This document shows, in pieces, positions 1-8,103 of a stretch of DNA of 29,852 bases. Made by a program: the position numbers and the translations under genes. The stretch covers positions 1 to 29,852 of IMG/VR virus record IMGVR_UViG_3300036783_000352. The stretch is one strand, 5' to 3'. Each line of letters opens with the position of its first letter. Within the stretch, counting starts at the first letter, position 1. The notes beneath the pieces were generated by a model, which made no database searches, had not been told where the DNA came from, and saw nothing but the letters and a program-made list of their open reading frames with translations. Origin of the DNA: a virus (lineage: Duplodnaviria > Caudoviricetes).

Positions 1-1014
1 TTACTCAGGTGTGGACGATGTGTGGACATTGTCCGCGCCTGCGCCACCGCGTAACGGGTTAAGCGTTATCGCGTCCTGAAGGTATTCGGGCGCAAAATGT
101 GCGTAGGTCATTGTCTGCTCAATTTTTGAGTGTCCGAGTATCCGTTGTAGCGTGATAATACTTCCTCCGTTAATCATAAAATGCGTGGCGAAGCTGTGCC
201 GCAGCGCGTGGGTAGCCTGGCCTGATGGTAAATCAGGTTTGACGTCTTTTAATGCTCTCCTGAATGAATCATAGGAGGCATCGGGGAACAAAAAACCTCG
301 CTTGCCGCTTACTAACATTTTGCAGACTTCTTCTGATACCGGAACGGTGCGCGGTTTGTTTGTTTTGGTTTTAACAAACGTGATCCGGTTCTGTATAACG
401 TGCTCAGCTTTTAGCAGTGCGGCTTCACCCCACCGCGCCCCCGTGCTGAGGCAAAGCACCGCAATCTTCCTGTTATCTCCGTTTAGTCGGGAGAGTAGCA
501 ACGAGATTTCATCCTGAGTGAGATAGCCGGTTTCCGGTTTTTCCTCTTTCAGTTTCTTCATGCCACGGAACGGGTTATCACCGCTGAATAACTCGGCATC
601 AATGAGGGCGGTAAACATCCCGCTCAGGCATGTCAAATCGCGGTTGATACTCGCGGGCTTAATTCCCCGGCTTCTGCGGGCGGTGCCGTACTGGCTGACC
701 AGCGCCCTGGTTATCTGGAATGCGCACGGGTCGGCGGTGATGCTGGTAAAGAGTTCTATCTTCCTGAGATAAGACTGGCCGTAAGCCTCGTGTTTTCCTT
801 TTAGATTCCACCATGCTTTTGTTAATTCAGACAGCCGACGCTTATCCGTTGGCTTTGATAACCATTCTTTGTTGTGGTGATTAAACTGAGTGTGCTTTTC
901 AAAAGCGACCGCCTCACTCTTTTTGTCGAACTTCCTGCGAATGCGCTTTCCGTTGCGCCCGGCAGGCCTGATGTCCACTTCATAACGACCATCATCGAGT
1001 TTCCTGATACTCAT
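1..1014 (-). CDS. int: Tyrosine recombinase, P2-type integrase
   Basis: 337 aa; STGARWGE, HALRHSFATHF, LGHS and catalytic Y (TMTYAH); P2 Int-like N-terminus MSIRKLDDGRYEVDIRP. Confidence 0.97.
   Translation of the reverse strand: MSIRKLDDGRYEVDIRPAGRNGKRIRRKFDKKSEAVAFEKHTQFNHHNKEWLSKPTDKRRLSELTKAWWNLKGKHEAYGQSYLRKIELFTSITADPCAFQITRALVSQYGTARRSRGIKPASINRDLTCLSGMFTALIDAELFSGDNPFRGMKKLKEEKPETGYLTQDEISLLLSRLNGDNRKIAVLCLSTGARWGEAALLKAEHVIQNRITFVKTKTNKPRTVPVSEEVCKMLVSGKRGFLFPDASYDSFRRALKDVKPDLPSGQATHALRHSFATHFMINGGSIITLQRILGHSKIEQTMTYAHFAPEYLQDAITLNPLRGGAGADNVHTSSTPE
10..28 (+). other. Integrase arm-type binding sites (left arm)
   Basis: TGTGGACG (10-17) and TGTGGACA (21-28), matching the P2 Int arm motif and the pair at 28261-28279. 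Confidence 0.75.
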
Positions 1015-1129
1015 CAGTTAACCCTCTGGTTTACGTTAGGTTTAGTTTTGTATACGCCTTTGTGGGTATGTGATGGATATTTAGCAATCAATAACGTGCA
1101 TTTAAAATGCATGTATTCATGGTGAATCG

Positions 1130-1429
1130 TTAACCAGTCTTTTGGCCTGAGTGCTGCGAGGTTGTTACACCTTGCCCATAGTGTGCGAGGGCCGGTGCTA
1201 TTTGCCCGGTTTCTGGTGATATCTGGTCAGTCATAAACCATAACGTGTACTTGGTAAATCGGGGGTGCTGAAGGATTTTCATTGCTACATCTGTCGGCGG
1301 GATGGTTCTTCCACTCTCGTAGTAAGTTAGTGAGCTATAGGGAACTCCTGTAATTTCAGCAAATTGCCTCCTGTTTAACCTTTCAGACTCGCGGATAAGC
1401 CCTAGTTTTTCGCTTATAGCTGTTGACAT
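1130..1429 (-). CDS. C: Immunity repressor C (XRE-type HTH), 99 aa
   Basis: Start MSTAISEKL at 1429 preceded by GAGGA; HTH segment RRQFAEITGVPYSSLTYYESGR; C-terminal IAPALAH; between int and cox. Confidence 0.92.
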   Translation of the reverse strand: MSTAISEKLGLIRESERLNRRQFAEITGVPYSSLTYYESGRTIPPTDVAMKILQHPRFTKYTLWFMTDQISPETGQIAPALAHYGQGVTTSQHSGQKTG

Positions 1430-1451
1430 GTTATCAATATCCTCTAATAAT
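1423..1451 (+). promoter_or_regulatory. Early lytic promoter Pe
   Basis: TTGACA (1423-1428) overlapping the C start codon, then 17 bp and AATAAT (1446-1451); same placement as P2 Pe. Confidence 0.65.
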
Positions 1452-1481
1452 TCACGAAGTGTTCTAGTGTATTTCAAGGTT

Positions 1482-1542
1482 ATCTAACTAACTTTCAGGA
1501 ACTCTAAAGAACACTGAAGAACCCTGAGTATGTTAGTTAGAT
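1482..1542. repeat. Switch-region repeats: 11-bp inverted repeat enclosing three 10-bp direct repeats
   Basis: ATCTAACTAAC 1482-1492 / GTTAGTTAGAT 1532-1542; GAACTCTAAA GAACACTGAA GAACCCTGAG 1499-1528. Confidence 0.7.
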
Positions 1543-1561
1543 CTAGATAAAAGGTTACCAG

Positions 1562-1837
1562 ATGAGCAAACAAATTGTCAGTCTCACCGATGCAGTTCCC
1601 TACAAGGAATTTGCACGCCTGATAGGCAAAACTCCGAAAGCAGTGAAAGGGATGATTGATAAAAAGAAACTTCCCACGATTGAGATGACCGATCCAATGT
1701 CGGCAGCGGGCTGTGTTGGTGAGTATTGGGTTTACCTGCCAGCCTGGAATGATGGTCTTAAGCTGGCCTATGAGAGCCGCCCGAAAGAAATTCGTGACGG
1801 TTGGTTAATGTGGTTGGGCCTGGGAGAACCAGCATGA
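1562..1837 (+). CDS. cox: Cox (excisionase / Pc repressor)
   Basis: 91 aa, DAVPYKEFARLIGKTP...WVYLPAWN...WLMWLGLGEP, resembling P2 Cox; divergent from C. Confidence 0.95.
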   Translation: MSKQIVSLTDAVPYKEFARLIGKTPKAVKGMIDKKKLPTIEMTDPMSAAGCVGEYWVYLPAWNDGLKLAYESRPKEIRDGWLMWLGLGEPA

Positions 1838-2187
1838 AAGAGATTATTGCAGTTGAGCATACGGAAACCGGCTCATTGCCGGAACGGCTGCAAGTAAAGG
1901 GTAGGTGTGGAACGATAATTTTTGAGGGTGATATGAAAAATGGCACCCTTTTAGGCACCATTGAACATAGCGGCTTATTAGACTCTGTTTCTATTGACAT
2001 GGTCCTGAAGGATTGCCGCCAGCTCCTCAACTTCATTCAATTGCAGGCCCACAAAGAAGCGATCCGTGATGGGGATGGAAATCTTCTCATCAAAACCGAA
2101 GCCGATAAAAGCAACACCATTTTCTCCCTCGGCGTAACCGTATGTTTGCGCGAGGACAAAAGGGTCCTTGCGAAGTTCTTTGTCTGA
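1834..2187 (+). CDS. Hypothetical early protein, 117 aa
   Basis: ATGA overlap with the cox stop, GGAG upstream; no family recognised. Confidence 0.7.
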   Translation: MKEIIAVEHTETGSLPERLQVKGRCGTIIFEGDMKNGTLLGTIEHSGLLDSVSIDMVLKDCRQLLNFIQLQAHKEAIRDGDGNLLIKTEADKSNTIFSLGVTVCLREDKRVLAKFFV

Positions 2188-2295
2188 CATGTAAAGCTCC
2201 TTGTGTTGGATAGGTGGTTGTTTTGGCGAACGAATCCTATCACAAGACCATGGTCCGGGCATGGATAAAATCCCGGCTTACTTCCAGGAGGATAT

Positions 2296-2469
2296 ATGCG
2301 TGAACCTCGTTGCATCGCCCAATTACTTCTCAACCATCAGGCAACCCGCCCGATGGATTTCTATATCACCCACGGCAAAGGCCGCCAGGGGGTCATCATT
2401 CGCCAGGCTCGCCGCCCCGGCAAAACTACCTTTGTCCGTTGGTTGAAATCGAAGGGGTTGCTCAAATGA
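2296..2469 (+). CDS. P2 Orf78-like small basic protein, 57 aa (not in the ORF track)
   Basis: AGGAGG RBS; MREPRCIAQLL...ITHGKGRQGVIIR; ATGA overlap with B. Confidence 0.8.
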   Translation: MREPRCIAQLLLNHQATRPMDFYITHGKGRQGVIIRQARRPGKTTFVRWLKSKGLLK

Positions 2470-2966
2470 CAGTAATGACGCTTGCCACTGTGAATAACCA
2501 GCCTGCGGGCTTGCGTGGCCTGATTGCCCAGCACGTAGCCCCGGCCCGCTGGAAAGAAAGCTGTGATTTTTATAACGGTATGCTCGAGCGCGAGCGCCTG
2601 ACTATTTGTTTTCACGCGCAGCTTAAGCAGCGCCATGCTGTTATGCGCCTGGAAGAAATGAACGATTGCGACCGCGAGCGCATAGTGTGCGCCATTGATG
2701 AGCTGCGGAATGCGTTCTCCAGATGCCGGAAAATTGGCCTTAGCAATTCTGGATTTATCGGCAAGCTAACCGTCAGCCTGCGCCGCACTTTATTCCTTCA
2801 TGCCAGGCTAACCGAGGATGAATTTAACGAGCCATTCTGGCGCATTGATAATGAGCAATGCATCTGGCGCGATGCTCTTCTGCGCGCCCTGCGTGAATTA
2901 TTCAATCTCTTTGAATATACGCCGAAGATATTAACGTCGGTCAAGCCTGAGCAGTATCTGCATTAA
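2466..2966 (+). CDS. B: Replication protein B (helicase loader)
   Basis: MTVMTL...RERLTICFHAQLKQRH...LTSVKPEQYLH resembles P2 gpB. Confidence 0.93.
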   Translation: MTVMTLATVNNQPAGLRGLIAQHVAPARWKESCDFYNGMLERERLTICFHAQLKQRHAVMRLEEMNDCDRERIVCAIDELRNAFSRCRKIGLSNSGFIGKLTVSLRRTLFLHARLTEDEFNEPFWRIDNEQCIWRDALLRALRELFNLFEYTPKILTSVKPEQYLH

Positions 2967-3029
2967 TTAAATAAAGATTGTTTCTTTCGCACTTGACTGT
3001 GCGGGGCTTTTTATTATCTGGAGATTGTT

Positions 3030-3362
3030 ATGGATGCTTTAGTTAAAATGATGGATGCAAGTAATTTAAGTGAAACGATTAAAATGTGGAGGCATATCGA
3101 AAAAACTAACGGTGTTCATGTTTTTAATGTGGATGTAAATATTATTATCCGAACGTTGTTAAAATCATATCTGATGGCCCCTGAAATGGGATATTTATTT
3201 TATCTGGCCTCAAATGTCCCTTCCCGCCCTGCAACGCATGAGTCCATATCTCTTTCTGTTAAAGATATAAAGAAAATCATTAAATACATATGCCGCGAGC
3301 AAAGACGTGAACTGAGGGAGCTTAGGATTTCAGGGTTATTTGATAACGGCTTGCCGTTTTGA
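3030..3362 (+). CDS. Hypothetical AT-rich protein, 110 aa
   Basis: GGAG RBS; stop abuts the next gene; no family recognised. Confidence 0.7.
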   Translation: MDALVKMMDASNLSETIKMWRHIEKTNGVHVFNVDVNIIIRTLLKSYLMAPEMGYLFYLASNVPSRPATHESISLSVKDIKKIIKYICREQRRELRELRISGLFDNGLPF

Positions 3363-3373
3363 AGGTGGCGAAA

Positions 3374-3601
3374 ATGAAATTTAACGAAGAAAAAAAGATT
3401 TCGGAATTTAATACCCTATTGGATATGGCCCGCCGTGAAGGGGTCAGGGATACTGCCGTACAAATCTCATCTCATCTTGATGGGCTAATTTGCCACGTTG
3501 TGCGCAGTGAGTTATCGGCTGTTGAGATTGTAGAGCTGCTGCAAGTGGAATCCCAGAAACTGCACAATGCGGGTCTGGGTATTGGGGGTGCGTCATGTTA
3601 A
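3374..3601 (+). CDS. P2 Orf80-like (DUF2732) protein
   Basis: LLDMARREG...LDGLICHV...ELSAVEIVELLQVES pattern; position after B; start may be 3359. Confidence 0.75.
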   Translation: MKFNEEKKISEFNTLLDMARREGVRDTAVQISSHLDGLICHVVRSELSAVEIVELLQVESQKLHNAGLGIGGASC

Positions 3602-3897
3602 CCGATTCGCCTCGCGTCATTATCAAAAAATGTTTCTCAATCACCAGAGGTTTCGACGGCGATTATGTGCTGGCTGATGTGCGTCAGGATAAAGAATTGG
3701 GTGAGATTTGTTATTTGACTCGGGCTATATATCAGAACCCGTTAACGCTTATTTCTGATGTGACGACGCTATTAATTAAACGTGCCGTTTTTTTCAAAAC
3801 CGTTACTAATCAGGATGAATTGCTTAAAGAAATGGCTTCGGTCGCGCTGACCTGTCGGGATGCTATCAATAGTCTTGAAAACCCTAAGGGGAAATAA
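3595..3897 (+). CDS. Hypothetical early protein, P2 Orf81-like by position
   Basis: 100 aa, overlaps both neighbours. Confidence 0.7.
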   Translation: MLTDSPRVIIKKCFSITRGFDGDYVLADVRQDKELGEICYLTRAIYQNPLTLISDVTTLLIKRAVFFKTVTNQDELLKEMASVALTCRDAINSLENPKGK

Positions 3898-4172
3898 TGT
3901 CTGTCAATATCGCTATTGGTGATAAATGGGTCATAACCAGCGACCCATTCCAGTTTATTTTAAATGAAAAGAAAATTGCTCAGTCTGGTAAGAATGCGGG
4001 CAAAGAGTGGCTGAATGCTGTCGGCTATTACCCGAAAATTAACCAGCTTGTGAGTGGTCTGATCCATCGCGAACTCCAGCAATCGGCGGCAACGTCCTTT
4101 GCTGAAATGGCGGCGGAAATTGACCGCATCGGCAAGGCTTGCGAGCAGGCTTTTTTTGCTCATGCTGGCTAA
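3897..4172 (+). CDS. P2 Orf83-like (DUF5405) protein
   Basis: IGDKWVITSDPFQFILNEKK...GYYPKINQLVSGL; immediately upstream of A. Confidence 0.8.
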   Translation: MSVNIAIGDKWVITSDPFQFILNEKKIAQSGKNAGKEWLNAVGYYPKINQLVSGLIHRELQQSAATSFAEMAAEIDRIGKACEQAFFAHAG

Positions 4173-6471
4173 CGTTAAGGGGCGCAGAGCCCCGGCTCCA
4201 TATCTGAAAAATACCAGCGCAGTAATGGCTGGTATTTACTTATCCGCAGCACCTCGCGATACACCCGTTTACGATCCGAATGACAGACCTCTTACGCGTG
4301 ACGAATACCGTCAGGCGCAAGACGTTTTCTCGCTGATTAATTCCCTGCCTCATAACCTGGCAACGCACTTTACTAACCGCTGGCTGACGAAGAAAAAAGA
4401 ACTCGGCCAGGTTGGCGGCCTGCGTTTCCTGACCCGGACGTTTAAAGACCGAACATGGCCGCGCCTTGAAAAGGTGAACGCCCGCCACGGTATGAACATT
4501 AACGCCTCTGTGTGTTTTCTGTCTGAAAGTGAGGAATATTCCCGCCTGCCGATGCTGAAAAGTAAGGAGCTGGAAAAGCTGGCCGGTCGTATCGCTGCGG
4601 CGCTTTTTTCTGCTTACGAGGAGCTGGCCGACGCCTTTGCCGCTGAGCATGAAAGCGAGGGGGATAAAAATGAGGTGTTATTCACGGCCAGCGCCCAATC
4701 GTATCTTTACGGCAAGGTGGCCGGGGCGGCTCGCGCTCTAAACGTCACTCCGTTGCACTGGGAAAAATACCGTAAGGGTAAGCTGACGATTGCTAATGCG
4801 TATTCGGCCATAGCCCGGCTTATCAGTGATGACTGGTGGCTCCGCCAGCTCAAGGCGCAGCGTACCCGCTGGAATGAAGCGCTGTTGATTGCTGCTGGCC
4901 TGGTAAATAAAACCTACTCCCCTTACGCCAGTAAACAGGCCGTGCGGGAAGTGCAGGCGCGCCGCCTGGCTAATCTGGAATACCTGAAACAATGCGAGCT
5001 GGAGAACGTCAATACAGGCGAGCGAATCGACCTGATTGATAAAGTGCTTAAGAGTATTTCTAACCCTGAAATACGCCGCATGGAGCTGATGAATACTATT
5101 GCTGGCATTGAGCGTTACGCGGGCAGCGTGGGCCACATCGGCATGTTTATCACCCTCACCACGCCATCAAAATATCACCCGACGCGCATCGTGGGGAAAG
5201 ATAAGACCGTTCAACTCAATCATAAGTGGAATGACGAGGCGTGCAGCCCCAAAGACGGCCAGCGTTATCTCTGCAACATATTCAGCAAAATGCGCACCGC
5301 GTTTAAAGATAACGACCTGCAAGTTTACGGCCTGCGCGTCGTTGAGCCTCACCATGATGGAACGCCGCACTGGCACATGATGCTGTTTTGCGAACGCAGC
5401 CAGCGAAAAGAGATTGTCGAGATAATGCGCCGCTACGCCATGAAAGAAGATGGTAACGAGCGAGGCGCGGCTAAAAATCGCTTTGACTGCAAGCATTTAA
5501 TCAAGGGTAAGGCTGCGGGTTATGTCGCGAAATATATCGCAAAAAATATCGACGGTTACGCGCTGGCCGGTGAAGTCGACCACGACACCGGCAGACCATT
5601 AACGGAAACCGCCGCAGCCGTTAACGCCTGGGCGTCTACGTGGCGTATTCCTCAGTTTAAAACGATTGGTGTGCCGACAATGGGCGCTTACCGTGAGCTG
5701 CGTAAGTTGCCGCGTGGTGTCAGCGTTGCCAGTGAATTTGACGAGCGGGTCGAAGCTGCCCGCGCTGCGGCTGATTACGGTGATTTTGATTTGTATATCG
5801 CTGCGCAGGGCGGGGCGAATGTTCCCCGCGATTCGCAGACCGTCAGGGTTGCCCGCAAAGTTCTGGAAGAGCGAAACGACTACGACGAGGAAGTTAAAAA
5901 AGTTGTTGGCGTTTTCGCCCCGCACCTCGGCGCGGATCGTGTCCACGTCACCCGCACCGAAGAGTGGCGCATTGTCGCTAAGGCCGTTGACGTTGACCTT
6001 AATCTTTTGACTTTAAAGGGCGGTTCATCCGCCCCTCGGAGTCCTGTCAATAACTGTGGGTCAGGTGGTTTTAACACCAGCGCAGATATGACACCTACAC
6101 CGTCTGAGCAAGCCGCAGCGGTGCTAAATCTTCTCGATAGCGGGGATGTGAGCTGGAGCGACGCAGACGTTAAGGCGGTGCTCAGGGGGGCTTTACGCGA
6201 ACAGTCACCGAGGGCGAAGTCGTCGCAGCAAAGCCATAACCCGACTAAGGCCAGCAAACACGCACCGTCAGCACGTTTAACCCGCCAGCAGCGCGACCGC
6301 ATTCCTCGCATTCGCTTTGAGCTTTCGCAGCAGGGCATAACCCCGCAGCGCTGGGAGCTTGAGGCGCTGGCGCGTGGGGCAACGGTTAGCTATGCAGGCA
6401 AAAAATTCTCTTATCCGGTCGCTGATGAGTGGCCGGGATTTTCTGGAAATGAGGAAGTGAAACTATGTTAA
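4162..6471 (+). CDS. A: Rolling-circle replication initiator gpA (HUH endonuclease)
   Basis: FITLTTPS, EPHHDGTPHWH (HUH), GYVAKYIAKNIDG (two Tyr); probable start ATG 4162. Confidence 0.96.
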   Translation: MLANVKGRRAPAPYLKNTSAVMAGIYLSAAPRDTPVYDPNDRPLTRDEYRQAQDVFSLINSLPHNLATHFTNRWLTKKKELGQVGGLRFLTRTFKDRTWPRLEKVNARHGMNINASVCFLSESEEYSRLPMLKSKELEKLAGRIAAALFSAYEELADAFAAEHESEGDKNEVLFTASAQSYLYGKVAGAARALNVTPLHWEKYRKGKLTIANAYSAIARLISDDWWLRQLKAQRTRWNEALLIAAGLVNKTYSPYASKQAVREVQARRLANLEYLKQCELENVNTGERIDLIDKVLKSISNPEIRRMELMNTIAGIERYAGSVGHIGMFITLTTPSKYHPTRIVGKDKTVQLNHKWNDEACSPKDGQRYLCNIFSKMRTAFKDNDLQVYGLRVVEPHHDGTPHWHMMLFCERSQRKEIVEIMRRYAMKEDGNERGAAKNRFDCKHLIKGKAAGYVAKYIAKNIDGYALAGEVDHDTGRPLTETAAAVNAWASTWRIPQFKTIGVPTMGAYRELRKLPRGVSVASEFDERVEAARAAADYGDFDLYIAAQGGANVPRDSQTVRVARKVLEERNDYDEEVKKVVGVFAPHLGADRVHVTRTEEWRIVAKAVDVDLNLLTLKGGSSAPRSPVNNCGSGGFNTSADMTPTPSEQAAAVLNLLDSGDVSWSDADVKAVLRGALREQSPRAKSSQQSHNPTKASKHAPSARLTRQQRDRIPRIRFELSQQGITPQRWELEALARGATVSYAGKKFSYPVADEWPGFSGNEEVKLC
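6031..6059 (+). other. Replication origin (gpA nick site) inside A
   Basis: GCCCCTCGGAGTCCTGTCAATAACTGTGG, near-identical to the P2 ori. Confidence 0.85.
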
Positions 6472-6749
6472 AAGCAAATATAAGCAATAACATCGAAGCG
6501 CGAAAGAATGTAGTGAATTTGTTAAGCGCTGGCGCAATGTTCCGTATGCATGCCCGTCAACTTACGTTATCCCGCAATGAAATTGACACTGATTCAATGC
6601 GGGAAAGCCTGGACGATATCTTTGATGGTTCGGGTATCCCATCGCAGTATGTCGAGCTGTTCAAGATGGTATGTGACCTTGAGTTTGTTGAGGCTGCCGG
6701 TTCGGCGATGGTCGATTGTTACTATGTTCGGGAGGCCCGCAATGACTAG
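6465..6749 (+). CDS. Hypothetical protein, 94 aa
   Basis: GAGG upstream; overlaps the A stop and the next start. Confidence 0.7.
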   Translation: MLKANISNNIEARKNVVNLLSAGAMFRMHARQLTLSRNEIDTDSMRESLDDIFDGSGIPSQYVELFKMVCDLEFVEAAGSAMVDCYYVREARND

Positions 6750-7086
6750 CGCTCTCGAAATGCCCACGCTACAGGAATTAATTATGTGCGAAATTGGCGA
6801 TTTTTTTGCAAGTTTTGGTCAGCCAGGCGAGCCAGAAACGCCAGAGGAAATGCAGCAGCAGTTATCAGCGCGAGTAGTGTCGCTCATGACCAATAGCCAC
6901 CAGACAGAGCCAGTATACCAATATCGCGAGATTGATTCCGGGCTGTGGGATGAGTGCGGGGAGGTGTGGTATAGGCATTGCTGCGTCTCGCCAGAGCATG
7001 AAACAAGAATCCTCTATACCTGCCCGTCGTTGTTTTCAGCGTCGGTAGAAATTAAGGGGGCTTTATGCACCAGTTGCCAAAAATGA
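6742..7086 (+). CDS. Hypothetical protein, 114 aa
   Basis: GGAGG RBS before ATG 6742 (internal start of ORF 6550..7086). Confidence 0.7.
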   Translation: MTSALEMPTLQELIMCEIGDFFASFGQPGEPETPEEMQQQLSARVVSLMTNSHQTEPVYQYREIDSGLWDECGEVWYRHCCVSPEHETRILYTCPSLFSASVEIKGALCTSCQK

Positions 7087-7322
7087 GCCCGATTCCGCCC
7101 AGACATTCGATCCAAAGCCTCAAGCTGATGGGTATCGTTAGCCGCTTGCAGCAGATTATGGTTAACGAAAATATCACCCCGGCGGAGCTGGTCGGGTGCG
7201 CCGAAGTCGTCAGAGATAACGCCGTTAAATATTATGAGATTAGTCACCCTGAGCCGGTGACATTTACACCGGCAAAGGGGCCGGAAATCCCACGGTATGC
7301 TCCGCCTCCGCGCTACCGATAA
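7065..7322 (+). CDS. Hypothetical protein of a type recalled downstream of A in P2-like phages, 85 aa
   Basis: AAGGGGG RBS; IVSRLQQIMVNENITPAELVGCAEVVRDN; followed by a terminator. Confidence 0.75.
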   Translation: MHQLPKMSPIPPRHSIQSLKLMGIVSRLQQIMVNENITPAELVGCAEVVRDNAVKYYEISHPEPVTFTPAKGPEIPRYAPPPRYR

Positions 7323-7331
7323 ATCACACTG

Positions 7332-7360
7332 AAACCGGCAATAAATTTGCCGGTTTTTTT
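7332..7360 (+). terminator. Intrinsic terminator of the early operon
   Basis: AAACCGGCAA-TAAAT-TTGCCGGTTT followed by a T run. Confidence 0.88.
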
Positions 7361-7518
7361 ATGCGTTTTCTGCAAAAATCCCCGTAATTAGCGTTGCATG
7401 CGCCAGGCGCATGCTTTTGCATCCATTCAGTAATTATTTTTAACCCTACAAGCGCCAGCCCTGGCGCGGCTCCGGGCGGCTCATGCACCTGCATTAAAAC
7501 CGACCCATAAAGCGGGCA

Positions 7519-7537
7519 GGCGTGGCGGGGATAGCAT
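7519..7537 (+). other. cos site (19-nt cohesive end)
   Basis: GGCGTGGCGGGGATAGCAT in AAGCGGGCA...TGCGCGC context, matching P2/186 cos; lies between early genes and portal. Confidence 0.92.
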
Positions 7538-7681
7538 TGCGCGCTGAGGCGCTTTTTATTTTATTTATTTAGCGTCTGAGTGCGTCATGGTGGCTGTGGC
7601 GTTGTTGTGGTAATACCAAGCGCGGGTTGTGCGCGTGCGCGGCGTGTGGCGCGTCTGGTGGCGTGTGCGAAAGGGTGAGAG

Positions 7682-7702
7682 AGCGCCATTTTTAGTGGCG
7701 CT
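7682..7702. terminator. Hairpin downstream of the leftward packaging operon, possible terminator
   Basis: AGCGCCA-TTTTTAG-TGGCGCT; weak pyrimidine tail on the minus strand. Confidence 0.45.
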
Positions 7703-7728
7703 TTATTGGGTGCAGAGTTAGCTGGCTT

Positions 7729-8100
7729 TTAGCAGTCGGTGAGTAAATGGTGGTGGCCGATAGGTAAGCGATAATTTTCACTCTTAACACAACCGGGGCA
7801 AGGGGTGCCGGTATTTTTGTTAACCCTGATAGCCTTATCATCCCATAACTCAATCATTGAGCTGTCCTTAACGTTGGTTACGCTAAGTTGCGGTAAGTTG
7901 TTATCTTTTAGCCACTGGCTAACAGCGCGCTTGCCTGCAAGGGTCTCGGCGCGGGCAGTAAAAATACGCACCTCCTGATTGACCTGATGCCAGTGCCTTA
8001 CTCGTTTTGCCATGTCAAACACCGGCTTTCCTATCGTCGAACCTTGCCCTGGCTGGTAACGGGCCAGAGTCCCGTCTAAGTCAACACCAATCCAACCCAT
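7729..8100 (-). CDS. Small capless HAD-superfamily phosphatase-like protein, 123 aa
   Basis: Motif I IGVDLDGTLA, motif II IFTAR, Lys (NVK), motif IV LWDDKA; GGAG RBS in the end of Q. Confidence 0.85.
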   Translation of the reverse strand: MGWIGVDLDGTLARYQPGQGSTIGKPVFDMAKRVRHWHQVNQEVRIFTARAETLAGKRAVSQWLKDNNLPQLSVTNVKDSSMIELWDDKAIRVNKNTGTPCPGCVKSENYRLPIGHHHLLTDC

Positions 8101-8103
8101 TGT

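Noticed and set aside
1430-1477. N-terminal extension of C in the ORF track
   Set aside because: Overlaps the promoter region; ATG 1429 has an RBS and gives the typical 99-aa size
2310-2465. Upstream extension of B (218-aa ORF)
   Set aside because: Overlaps the orf78-like gene in another frame; B similarity begins at ATG 2466
6550-6741. Upstream part of ORF 6550..7086
   Set aside because: Overlaps 6465..6749; the internal ATG 6742 has a strong RBS
7575-7670. Clustered GCGTG/GCGC low-complexity repeats beside cos
   Set aside because: No regular period or spacers; not a CRISPR or tandem array; looks like ordinary cos-flanking sequence
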